Origin: a virus
Lineage: Duplodnaviria > Heunggongvirae > Uroviricota > Caudoviricetes
Virus record (IMG/VR): IMGVR_UViG_3300015214_000024
Coordinates: 265,787 to 329,786 of that record
Reading direction: 5' to 3' (one strand)
DNA: 64,000 bases
Shown here: one piece after another, positions 37,341-46,419 of the stretch
Position numbering within the stretch: the stretch's first letter is position 1
Layout of the letters: each line of letters starts with the position of its first letter
The notes under the pieces: generated by a model
Seen by the model: only the letters and a program-made list of their open reading frames with translations
Databases searched by the model: none
What the model was told of the DNA's origin: nothing
Translations under genes and position numbers: made by a program

Positions 37341-37374
37341 TAATCAGTCCTTTTTGATTTCTACCAATATTTAG

Positions 37375-37815
37375 TCAATTCTGTTCCCAGTTTTTTAAAA
37401 TATCTGAACTTGAATTTGCTTTGTTTTCACCACCAACACCAAAAACTAACTGAACATCATACCGGAGAGCAGTTTCTGATTCTGGAATATTATCTTTAGT
37501 CCTATCGCCCCCATTCATAAATAAAATTTCATCACGTGGAAACATAGTTCGTGCCTTAACAATTGCCCAATCAGCAGATCCAGTAAGATCATCCTGTTCA
37601 GTCATCGGAACAACTAAATTAACACTTCGCATATTGCTTAAAATAGCACATCGAGTGGCCTGTGTCATAAATGGCTTGCCTTTCTTTCGAGTGAGCCAAG
37701 CATCAGAATTCGGAAACACTAACAGTATATCGCACATAGCTTTTGCAGCATTAATGTAGTCAATGTGACCTTCGTGTAAAGGATCAAAGCCACCAGTTAC
37801 TATGCCAATTTTCAT
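37375..37815 (-). CDS. HxGH-family cytidylyl/adenylyltransferase
   Basis: TGGFDPLHEGH, NSD.WL.RKKG.PF, NGGDR, K.NSSS. Confidence 0.85.
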   Translation of the reverse strand: MKIGIVTGGFDPLHEGHIDYINAAKAMCDILLVFPNSDAWLTRKKGKPFMTQATRCAILSNMRSVNLVVPMTEQDDLTGSADWAIVKARTMFPRDEILFMNGGDRTKDNIPESETALRYDVQLVFGVGGENKANSSSDILKNWEQN

Positions 37816-37933
37816 TTGTTATTCCTCTAAAAATTTCTTCAACCTTAACAGGTTTTTACTAATTTGTCAAATCATATTAACAGCTATTGACGAGCAAGTC
37901 ATTATATTATATAAGATCATCATAACTTAGGAG

Positions 37934-38605
37934 ATGTTTATGACGGCTTGGCGATCAATTCGAAACGAAATTGAAGAAATGGATGCTACATTCGTTCTAG
38001 CCATTTCGGGCGGTGTTGATAGTATGGTCCTGTTGGATTTCTTCACGCGAACTGACGCTAATTTCGTTGTAGCACATTTTAACCACAATTTGCAACCTAT
38101 CAATGTAGAAATGCAAAAGCACGTTATTGATTATTGTATTAAGAACAATATCGAACATTACGTCGGCCAGGGGGTGAGTATTAAACTCAATTCTAAGCTT
38201 AATCATACATCAATTGAGGCTGAGGCACGTAAACAACGATATGATTTTCTTGAAGCTGTTGCTAAATCAGTCTCTAACGGTCGCCAGGCGGTTATTGTAA
38301 CTGGCCATCACCAAGATGATCAAGTCGAAACTGTTATGCTTAACTTATTCCGTGGCGTCGGGCTTCAGTCAGTGTTTATGGAAAAGAATAATGGTAGGCA
38401 ATATAGACCATTTTTAGACATTCCAAAATCGGAATTGTTAGAATGTGCTAGAAAGCGTGGCCTTGCTTGGATTGACGATCCAACCAATGCTGAAAACGAT
38501 GCAGAACGTAACTGGCTCCGCAACGAAATTATTCCACAAATTATGGAACGTAGAAACATCAGTAAAACGATTCCACTTTCTATTGAGAAATACCTCAAGA
38601 GTTGA
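37934..38605 (+). CDS. tilS: tRNA(Ile)-lysidine synthetase (catalytic domain only)
   Basis: AISGGVDS, HFNH, EAEARKQRY, TGHHQDDQVET, RPFL, DPTN...RNWLR. Confidence 0.9.
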   Translation: MFMTAWRSIRNEIEEMDATFVLAISGGVDSMVLLDFFTRTDANFVVAHFNHNLQPINVEMQKHVIDYCIKNNIEHYVGQGVSIKLNSKLNHTSIEAEARKQRYDFLEAVAKSVSNGRQAVIVTGHHQDDQVETVMLNLFRGVGLQSVFMEKNNGRQYRPFLDIPKSELLECARKRGLAWIDDPTNAENDAERNWLRNEIIPQIMERRNISKTIPLSIEKYLKS

Positions 38606-38636
38606 CTTGTCCTGTTTCTTCTGCTAAGATGGATCT

Positions 38637-39773
38637 ATGAAAAACAAATTCAATCCTGATATGGACCTGATCCGAATTGCATTCGAGAATGCCAACGTTC
38701 CTGTGCGACTAGTTGGCGGCTGTGTCCGGGATATGCTGTTGGGCATTAATCCTAAGGATTGGGATATGACCACGCCGGCATTGCCTGATGATATTATCAG
38801 CATCTTGAGAGCAGCTAATATCGAATGCTTTGATATGAGCAACGGTCACGGCACTATTACTGCGGTGATTAACAGTGAGCCTTATGAAATCACTACATTA
38901 CGGCAGGATTTGGAAACTGATGGCCGTCACGCGGTTGTGGGTTTTACTGATGATTGGAAAGTTGACGCTGAACGTCGAGATTTCACGTTTAACGCAATGA
39001 GTATGGATTTTGACGGAGTCATTTATGACTACTTTGGTGGTATTGCTGATCTAAAAGCTGGCCTGGTACGTTTTGTTGGTGATGCTGAAAAGCGCATCCA
39101 AGAAGACTATTTGCGTATTCTGCGTTATTTTAGGTTTTTGGGCCGAATGCCCAAGCCAGAAGCAGACGTAGAAACACTGGCTATTATTTCAGCAAATCGC
39201 CAAGGACTGGCTAATATTTCTGGCGAACGTATTTGGTCTGAAATGAAGAAAATCTTCTCTGGTGAACACGTTGATTTCATTATGGATTTGATGGATCATT
39301 CAAAAATCACCGGTGCTATTGATTTGATGATTAATAAGCCGGCGGTTCCAGCATCTAGGGATCCAGTGACAATTTTGGCAGCGTATATTGATTTTGCGTT
39401 CGTTGAAATTGTGTGCGATCGTTGGAAGCTGTCCAGTAAAGAAGAAAGCCAGTTGGTGTATTTGACCAATTTTCGAAACATAATTGACGATGTCAAGGTA
39501 CTGAAAGAAGCTATTTTTGAAGGTACTGATCGTTATTATGTTTTGGAGTTGATGAAAATTCAACATCGAAAAGACGATTACGAGATTTTGAAAAATTGGA
39601 TCATTCCAACTTTTCCAGTATCTGGTAAGGATTTGATCGAAATTGGTGTAAAGCCAGGCCCAAATATGGGCTTCATCATTAAAGTATTGCGTAAATCATT
39701 TGTAGAATCAAACTATCAAATGACTAAAGAACAATTTCTTTCAATGGTTGATATAGATAAAAGCCCGGAGTAA
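38637..39773 (+). CDS. cca: CCA-adding tRNA nucleotidyltransferase
   Basis: VGGCVRD, DWD, EITTLR, RRDFTFNAM, EDYLRILRYFRF, SGERIW.E. Confidence 0.92.
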   Translation: MKNKFNPDMDLIRIAFENANVPVRLVGGCVRDMLLGINPKDWDMTTPALPDDIISILRAANIECFDMSNGHGTITAVINSEPYEITTLRQDLETDGRHAVVGFTDDWKVDAERRDFTFNAMSMDFDGVIYDYFGGIADLKAGLVRFVGDAEKRIQEDYLRILRYFRFLGRMPKPEADVETLAIISANRQGLANISGERIWSEMKKIFSGEHVDFIMDLMDHSKITGAIDLMINKPAVPASRDPVTILAAYIDFAFVEIVCDRWKLSSKEESQLVYLTNFRNIIDDVKVLKEAIFEGTDRYYVLELMKIQHRKDDYEILKNWIIPTFPVSGKDLIEIGVKPGPNMGFIIKVLRKSFVESNYQMTKEQFLSMVDIDKSPE

Positions 39774-39785
39774 TCCGGGCTTTTT
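39761..39785. terminator. bidirectional terminator
   Basis: AAGCCCGGA-GTAA-TCCGGGCTTTTT between convergent genes. Confidence 0.8.
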
Positions 39786-40015
39786 CATTTCTTCCAAAAC
39801 ATTAAGCTTGATAGAGAAAATGTCTTCTCGACTACTTTTGGGTACTTTTTATTCAAGCGGTTAATTACAAAGCGCTCAAACAAGACTGGCGTCGCCAAAA
39901 TAGTCCTAGCATTCGCTACCATCTTAGCATCTTTATTGTGAATGATCACATTCTTCAAAATAAGCTTTGAGAATTGAACTTCTTTTTCAAATTGTTCACG
40001 AGTATAATTTGCCAT
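39785..40015 (-). CDS. small hypothetical protein with structured leader
   Basis: AGGAG RBS. Confidence 0.6.
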   Translation of the reverse strand: MANYTREQFEKEVQFSKLILKNVIIHNKDAKMVANARTILATPVLFERFVINRLNKKYPKVVEKTFSLSSLMFWKK

Positions 40016-40239
40016 TTTAAAATCTCCTAAATAAGATTCTAAAATAACTTTTAGAATCCAGTGTCAGTTAAACCTTAGTCCTAACACCGGTTAATAATGG
40101 TGTTAGGACACAATTTTCGGAGGTTCACTACTTCGAGTAGGTTCCATTTGTGCTTGCATCCTTTTATGATTTAATGTATCGTAAATATATAACAAATGAC
40201 AGCAGTGTGTCAACGGTATTTATAGGTTGTGAGTAGTTT

Positions 40240-40617
40240 ATGCGAAAATTGACTGAGAGTGAACAAAAATTATGGAATGCAGTATGCCAATCTGTAATCA
40301 ATAGCCCACGAGTTCGCGTCAAGACATTAGTAAATGATAATATCATCCGCGCTTGCCCTTCGAAATATCTCGATCTCCACGGAATGACACAGGACCAGGC
40401 TTACCACAATATATCCTGCTTCATCCAACAGAACTATGATGCTAATCAGCGCGAAATTGTTATCATAACTGGCAAAGGTTCTAATGGAACTGGAAGCTTG
40501 AAAAGACTAGTTCCATATTGGTTGTCATCTACACTCAGTGATAAAGTTAGGTCTCATCGAATCGATCCTAAAAATACAGGCCAAGTATTAATATCTCTTA
40601 ATAAAAAAGTCGGTTAA
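40240..40617 (+). CDS. Smr-domain endonuclease
   Basis: LDLHGMT..QA, IITGKG...G.LK..VP.WL. Confidence 0.85.
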   Translation: MRKLTESEQKLWNAVCQSVINSPRVRVKTLVNDNIIRACPSKYLDLHGMTQDQAYHNISCFIQQNYDANQREIVIITGKGSNGTGSLKRLVPYWLSSTLSDKVRSHRIDPKNTGQVLISLNKKVG

Positions 40618-41501
40618 AGCAAAGCTCTAACCGACTCTTCAATTTCATCCTTGTTCTTAGTACTCTTTAAACCACTTCGCTGTAAAGCTTCAATTAGTCG
40701 AGTAGTCATTTGTTCTTTTTGATCGCTATAGATTTCCATAGCAACCTTAAAGCCAACTTCAAAGCTCACTAAATCATCCTTAGTGAGCTTTCCTTTGAAC
40801 AGGATATCAACAACTGTTTCTGGGTCATCAATGTAACCAACTCTTGAAAATCTAGGAGTTGGACCAGCAGGAATTACACCCCTGTCCATCAAATAACCCA
40901 ATTGGCTTTCCCACCTATCAGCATCAACTTCGCAATAGATGTCACGATCATCTAAAATCATCCACCTACGTCGAAGACCGCGCTCAAGGTCGTATGCCCA
41001 AGAAACTTTAGCAATAGCGTTAATTGAATCTTCGCCAGCCAAATAACCAATATCCATCTTAGCCATCACGCCCAAAAGTGTTGACAAATAAACACCCTTG
41101 AATGCTGATGCAGCACCTGGAGAATAATGAGTAAATTTGAGCCATTCAGGGTTACCAGTGATTAAATCAATCTGGCAATAACCATTTTCCGGCTTCCCTT
41201 GAATTGGGATGGCAAAGTTTACCTGCAATGTATTCTTACCATTACCAGCCCGTTGAGCTTCAGGAAATGATAACAATGCGTGACTTTTAAATTTCTTCCA
41301 AGGAAATTTAATATCATCGACTGCGATATCAATGTCGCCACTGTCAGGTTGTTTACCCACAGACCCTAAAAGATTATCGTAGATATAATCTAGGTCGAAA
41401 CCAGGATATTGAATTGTCGATTGGAAATAATCAAGAGTGTCACGAATTTCTTCAAGCTTGATTCGTCTCACAGGGATATTTTTAAAAGCTGTACCACCCA
41501 T
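40614..41501 (-). CDS. Pol-beta-type nucleotidyltransferase-like protein
   Basis: LGSVGK...SGDIDIAVD ... QIDLI. Confidence 0.6.
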   Translation of the reverse strand: MGGTAFKNIPVRRIKLEEIRDTLDYFQSTIQYPGFDLDYIYDNLLGSVGKQPDSGDIDIAVDDIKFPWKKFKSHALLSFPEAQRAGNGKNTLQVNFAIPIQGKPENGYCQIDLITGNPEWLKFTHYSPGAASAFKGVYLSTLLGVMAKMDIGYLAGEDSINAIAKVSWAYDLERGLRRRWMILDDRDIYCEVDADRWESQLGYLMDRGVIPAGPTPRFSRVGYIDDPETVVDILFKGKLTKDDLVSFEVGFKVAMEIYSDQKEQMTTRLIEALQRSGLKSTKNKDEIEESVRALL

Positions 41502-41561
41502 CGATTTTCTCCTTTCAAGTAGAGAATACGATATTAGTGATTAAATGTCAATACTGGGCGA

Positions 41562-42077
41562 TCATTCTCCGCCACCGTCTCCGCCTACATCACCATTTAC
41601 TAAATCTAATTCACCAGTACCCAAATCATTATCTGAATCTTGATCAAGATTGTCATTATCAGTGCCACCATACCACCATCTGCCATAAAAAGGAACTACA
41701 GGCGTGTGAGTTGATGAATTGCTACTTTTCTTTTTCTTTTTAGCTTCAGTCAATTCTTCATTATCGCCATCAGCTACAAATAGTAAAGTTTTGCTGAATC
41801 CTTCATTGATTGCATCCATAATGTGACCGTGGCCATCTAATAAATGATAATAGCCATCCAACAATACTGCGAAAGGTAAAGCATCGTGACGGCTGAATTC
41901 TCTATCATCGTGTGCTTTTTCGATCGGATGGGTGAAAAGAATTTTGGATATTGGAACTTGGCGCACGTCGACCACGTCACTATCAACTGAATCCCTGGCT
42001 TCGTTCACCAATAATGGCATATTATTTAAATATGGCGACATCTTTGGCTGATATGATGTAAAGTCGGCTGATTTCAT
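41562..42077 (-). CDS. ParB/Srx-like protein with acidic tail
   Basis: P.AV...YHLLDGHGH. Confidence 0.4.
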   Translation of the reverse strand: MKSADFTSYQPKMSPYLNNMPLLVNEARDSVDSDVVDVRQVPISKILFTHPIEKAHDDREFSRHDALPFAVLLDGYYHLLDGHGHIMDAINEGFSKTLLFVADGDNEELTEAKKKKKSSNSSTHTPVVPFYGRWWYGGTDNDNLDQDSDNDLGTGELDLVNGDVGGDGGGE

Positions 42078-42119
42078 TTTATTAACCCTAGCTTATAAAC
42101 TATAGGGTATTTATTTGAT

Positions 42120-42665
42120 TTAACCATTAAACAGATAATCGATAGCCAACTTACCATTTAAATTTATATCCCGGGTCCCAATTCCAGTCCAAACTCCTAT
42201 TTCTGGCTTTGGTGGTAACCGAATTTCACGACAAAGACCTGAAATATCCATTTCATACCATTTATTTCGATCTTGATGGAAAAAATAGAAAGGCTTATTA
42301 TGGATCAAGCAATACATAGCGGTAGCCCAAGCAGTACCACCATCCACTACCATTGTGCTTGGATTGAAAGTGCCGATAGCATACACTGCATCAGTTTCCT
42401 TCACTTGATAATAGTTCCGTCTTAGCAAATTATTAACATATTTGCTCTTAGAAGGATAATGCCTGTTAAGATATGATTTAGCTTTTTTGAGCCACGGATC
42501 AGCAATAACTAAATTATTATATGGCAGTCGAACTATCTGCCCATTTGGGCAAGTGGTTTTATGTTCGTCAAATGAAAAATGAATAACCTCGTGGCCGTGA
42601 AGTGAAGCAACTTCACCCCATTCTGTATCCGCTCCTTCAGCGCCGCCAGATAACATTGTAACCAT
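42120..42665 (-). CDS. SLOG-like (YspA/DprA-type) nucleotide-binding protein
   Basis: SGGAEGAD, RRN, GGTAWA. Confidence 0.6.
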   Translation of the reverse strand: MVTMLSGGAEGADTEWGEVASLHGHEVIHFSFDEHKTTCPNGQIVRLPYNNLVIADPWLKKAKSYLNRHYPSKSKYVNNLLRRNYYQVKETDAVYAIGTFNPSTMVVDGGTAWATAMYCLIHNKPFYFFHQDRNKWYEMDISGLCREIRLPPKPEIGVWTGIGTRDINLNGKLAIDYLFNG

Positions 42666-42701
42666 AAAACAATTATAAAAAATATCAGTCTTCCAGTCAA
42701 G

Positions 42702-42734
42702 AAAATACCGGTGATTTTCATCACCGGTATTTTG
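42702..42734. terminator. intrinsic terminator
   Basis: AAAATACCGGTGA-TTTTCA-TCACCGGTATTTT. Confidence 0.75.
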
Positions 42735-42736
42735 TA

Positions 42737-43576
42737 TTACTTACGCCATCCTGGGGGCGGTGCAGCATAAGTTGTAGTGTTTGAATAGCTTGGGAAAGCC
42801 TGTGGTGACGAATTCCTGTAAGGAAGAATAATACCACGAGCTTCAAGACCATTTGCATCATCATAATAAATGCAAACTAGCGCATCAGGGTAATTTGGAT
42901 CGCGCTTTTCAAAAGTAGTCGTAGTGGTTTGAAAAGTTTGCGCATCGCCATATTCAGTACCAAGATTTTGGCTGCTGAATGATTTCATCACGGCGTTATT
43001 ACCAGATGTTAATGTAGTATTCAAAGTGGCAGCACTTCTCGTTCCTCCTGAAGGAGCAGCCATAGCCACACTATCCAAGCCTGATCCTACTACATTGTTA
43101 CATACACTTGATCCTAATGGAGTATTCCAAAGTGGATCACTTGCGGTGCTTGTAAAAGTATAGCTAGGAAATGTATTAATCGGCGGAACATATTTTGGTC
43201 TAAATACCATCATACCTATGACACCAACGTTTTTCTTACCGCGTCCTGTTCGATTAGAATATGATCCTGAGGATGAACCAAATTGAAATTTCGCAGCAGT
43301 GTCTGCATCAACTTTCCAACCAGGAATGTTAAGTGTTTGCCAAGGTTCCAAAACATATCCTTGACTGTCAGCACCGGCAGGCTTTCCATCAATAACGCTC
43401 AAACCATCAACACTTGGAATGGCTAAAATGCGCTCTGGTGAATTGTTTTTAATTCTCAATTCATAATTTGAATTTGTTCGGCCTTCAACAAAGACCAAAC
43501 CCTGATGCTGATATTCAGTCAACGGCTGACCGTTAATAACTAGACTTAGTTCATATTGATTAGTATTATCAAACAT
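42737..43576 (-). CDS. conserved hypothetical protein
   Basis: SVDGLSVIDGKPA...GYVL.P...IPGW; AGGAGG RBS. Confidence 0.65.
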   Translation of the reverse strand: MFDNTNQYELSLVINGQPLTEYQHQGLVFVEGRTNSNYELRIKNNSPERILAIPSVDGLSVIDGKPAGADSQGYVLEPWQTLNIPGWKVDADTAAKFQFGSSSGSYSNRTGRGKKNVGVIGMMVFRPKYVPPINTFPSYTFTSTASDPLWNTPLGSSVCNNVVGSGLDSVAMAAPSGGTRSAATLNTTLTSGNNAVMKSFSSQNLGTEYGDAQTFQTTTTTFEKRDPNYPDALVCIYYDDANGLEARGIILPYRNSSPQAFPSYSNTTTYAAPPPGWRK

Positions 43577-43593
43577 TGTCGTGTCCTCCTTTA

Positions 43594-44364
43594 TTACAAA
43601 GATTGATCGCGCTCTGCTTGGGTATATGTTGCCGAAGCACGAAGTGCGTCGCCAGCAAACCCTTTCGCATAAGCGGTTCTAGTTCTTGTTGTAATAGAGG
43701 ACAATGCTGCCATTGAGCCAGCCATATTTGAAGTATTGTATTGAACTGTATTATTGGTACCAAAGCCCATTGCACTACCTTCGTGGAAAGCGTCAATGTT
43801 TGCACCCATAAACAAGAACGTCCAATCCTTGCCTTCTGCCTTTTCAACTAAAGCCTTAATAGCTGTTTTATTGAAACGATTAGAGCAATTTTCTTCACCA
43901 TCAGTTAAGATAACGACGATAACGCCAGGACGTTCCGCTTTTTTCTTTGATGAAATTACTGCATTAGCTTTAGTGATATTATCACCAATCGCATCTAGAA
44001 GATTGGTTGATCCGCTTGGTCGATAAGTGCTTGTGGTTAGCGGTTCTACGGTTTTGATGTCTTTGTTTTCGAAAATGTACTTGACTTGTGAGCCGTTAAA
44101 TTTACTTAACGTGAGTAAGCATTCACCATCACCAATTTGCTGTTCTTTTAGCCAAGAATTGAATGAATCGATAGTTTGCTGAGTTACACTAGACATACTT
44201 GAAGATTCGTCCAAAACAACGTGTATCAAAACACCATTTGAACCGGCTTTTTTAATTTTTTCATTGGTGGAAACATTTACTGTTGAAGTAGCAATTGTTT
44301 GTGCTTTTGGAGTGAATTGTGGGAAAGCGTTAGGCATCCCAGATGGAGTACGAATATTTCGCAT
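43594..44364 (-). CDS. von Willebrand factor A domain protein
   Basis: VLDESSSM MIDAS, T.LLDAIG, ILTDGEEN. Confidence 0.85.
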   Translation of the reverse strand: MRNIRTPSGMPNAFPQFTPKAQTIATSTVNVSTNEKIKKAGSNGVLIHVVLDESSSMSSVTQQTIDSFNSWLKEQQIGDGECLLTLSKFNGSQVKYIFENKDIKTVEPLTTSTYRPSGSTNLLDAIGDNITKANAVISSKKKAERPGVIVVILTDGEENCSNRFNKTAIKALVEKAEGKDWTFLFMGANIDAFHEGSAMGFGTNNTVQYNTSNMAGSMAALSSITTRTRTAYAKGFAGDALRASATYTQAERDQSL

Positions 44365-44471
44365 TATTTGTTTTCCTTTACGTTGGGTCTTACGGTATCC
44401 TTAACGTGGATAATAACTTGCCCGATTAAATGAAGCATTTACTAGCTTCATTTCTATTTATACTAAAATGA

Positions 44472-44993
44472 TCACTTTTTGTCAATATTTCTTAGAATTA
44501 TTTCAGAAGCTTGATTAATATCCTCAATAATAGTAAATGGAATGTTATGGCGATCCAATAATTCCATTAATCGCATATCAATATCAATTGCACCTTGTTC
44601 GTCTTGATAGCGGCCAACAGGATCATATTTTGTCATACGCTTTAAGAAATAATTTTCGTTGTTATATGTTTTAAAGATCTCAACTACTAAAGGCTCGAAC
44701 CCAGTGAAATATTCGTGTGGTTTATACATTAGTCCTTGAACTAGTGGCGCATCAGTGATCACAAAATCAACCTTATCAGCAATACGATGCAGTTTACGAG
44801 CCTGCTTTGCTAAAATATAAAGTTGATCCTCTAGAAGTACATTCATACGATCTTCCCAAACAAGATCCTTTGCATATTCTGTAACTAACTCAACGTTTAA
44901 ATTTTTCTTTTTTAAATCAGCAAAAACTTGTGCAGTTGTGGTTGATTTGCCCGCGCCTGGGCCAGCAAAAAAATTTAAAATTGTGGCTTTCAT
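44472..44993 (-). CDS. NadR/Ttd14-like P-loop kinase
   Basis: GPGAGKST, ELVTEYAK, ITDAP, GR.Q. Confidence 0.75.
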   Translation of the reverse strand: MKATILNFFAGPGAGKSTTTAQVFADLKKKNLNVELVTEYAKDLVWEDRMNVLLEDQLYILAKQARKLHRIADKVDFVITDAPLVQGLMYKPHEYFTGFEPLVVEIFKTYNNENYFLKRMTKYDPVGRYQDEQGAIDIDMRLMELLDRHNIPFTIIEDINQASEIILRNIDKK

Positions 44994-45502
44994 TTCAAAA
45001 TCCTATCCATTACGATGTTCATTGACACTACATTAGTGCCACTCATTGGGTAATATGGTATTCCGTGCTTTTCTAATATAGAAATGATGTTAATGTCGAT
45101 ATTCTTCGACGTTGCTTCATCGTGTGCTCGACCACTTTCTTCAAAGCCATAATTTCGAGTTAGCATAAAATTGATATTATTATATGAATTGAATACATCA
45201 ACTACGAGTGGTTCAAAGGTTGGATAATAATTTGGGATTTGGTATGCAAGTGCTAATATTCCTGGTGAATCAGTTACGACATAATCTACCTTTCCACGAA
45301 GACGTTCCATTCTTCGATTTTGCTTAGCAAATACGTACAATTGGTCTTTTAGAATTTTTAACTGTTCTTCATAAACAATGTCCTTAGCAACTTCTGTCAC
45401 CAATTCGACATTCAGGCCGCGTTCTTTTAATGTATAGAAAACCTTGGCGGCGGCGGTACTTTTACCAATACCTGGGCCACCCAAAATGTTTATAACTTTC
45501 AT
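44990..45502 (-). CDS. NadR/Ttd14-like P-loop kinase (tandem paralog)
   Basis: GPGIGKST, ELVTEVAK, VTDSP. Confidence 0.75.
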   Translation of the reverse strand: MKVINILGGPGIGKSTAAAKVFYTLKERGLNVELVTEVAKDIVYEEQLKILKDQLYVFAKQNRRMERLRGKVDYVVTDSPGILALAYQIPNYYPTFEPLVVDVFNSYNNINFMLTRNYGFEESGRAHDEATSKNIDINIISILEKHGIPYYPMSGTNVVSMNIVMDRILK

Positions 45503-45572
45503 TATTATCTACCTCTTGAATTTCATTCAAATTAGCAGATATTGGAATAAAAATCAAATTAATAATAAAGCT

Positions 45573-46352
45573 TTAAGCCAGGACGGTAATCATTTCTATC
45601 ATAGTTAAAACTTGACCCCGTTGCGGACCACCACGTTTAAATGAAACGTGAATCCAAATTGATCTACCGTGTTCCATAATTAGTTGATCAAACGGTAAAT
45701 GATCTCGGATCCATTGCGCCCGTGTTAAATATTCACTATTGGCTAACCCTGCCCATTGGATATCGGCGGCCATTCCTCGATAATGTTGGGACCTACCACT
45801 ACCTCTCCTAAATCCACTGTTAATTCTGAATCCATTTGGATATCGTGCCTTTAATGGTTCTAATACATTGGTGCATAATGCTTTCAAATTACAGACGACC
45901 TCTGGCAATGAAAGTCCACACTGCGATGCAACTCGGTAAGGAAAAATGCATTTTGACGAAAGTTGGCCTAAATTGAAATTAGGAGAAAGTTGATAATTGT
46001 CAGCAGGATATGATGGAACATTTCCGCAAATTACATTACTGCCTTGGCCACCGGATCCTTGTGTAGTATCTGATGGAGCACCAGTATCTACGCCGCCAGC
46101 AGCAGCAAATTCTGCATCAACCTGCGCTTGTTGTTCTGGTGATAAAGTTGGCTTATCATCAACATCATCACTATCTGCTAATATACCATTGAAAGATGCA
46201 TTTGCTGAACCAATCCCGCCACTATCACCAACATACACATTAATTCCTTGTGCAATAACTTTATTCTTTTGAGTGTGTGCTGATAGATTTGACGTAGACC
46301 TTTGATCGTGATCGTCATTGTCTTGATCTTTAACAACCATCCATTTACCCAT
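45573..46352 (-). CDS. peptidase M15 (Zn D,D-peptidase) endolysin/tail-associated lysin
   Basis: LSPNF.L, INSGFR, SQH..G.AAD, WIHVS. Confidence 0.8.
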   Translation of the reverse strand: MGKWMVVKDQDNDDHDQRSTSNLSAHTQKNKVIAQGINVYVGDSGGIGSANASFNGILADSDDVDDKPTLSPEQQAQVDAEFAAAGGVDTGAPSDTTQGSGGQGSNVICGNVPSYPADNYQLSPNFNLGQLSSKCIFPYRVASQCGLSLPEVVCNLKALCTNVLEPLKARYPNGFRINSGFRRGSGRSQHYRGMAADIQWAGLANSEYLTRAQWIRDHLPFDQLIMEHGRSIWIHVSFKRGGPQRGQVLTMIEMITVLA

Positions 46353-46393
46353 AGTGAATTTTCCTATTATATTGTCAGGTATTTATTCAAGAC

Positions 46394-46416
46394 AAAAGGC
46401 GCACTAGGCGCCTTTT
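46394..46416 (-). terminator. intrinsic terminator closing the ncRNA/tRNA-Ala unit
   Basis: AAAAGGCGC-CTAGT-GCGCCTTTT. Confidence 0.75.
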
Positions 46417-46419
46417 GGT

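Noticed and set aside
44365-44460. Leader peptide before the VWA gene
   Set aside because: A hairpin and a short ORF exist, but there is no RBS, no codon enrichment and no clear anti-SD switch
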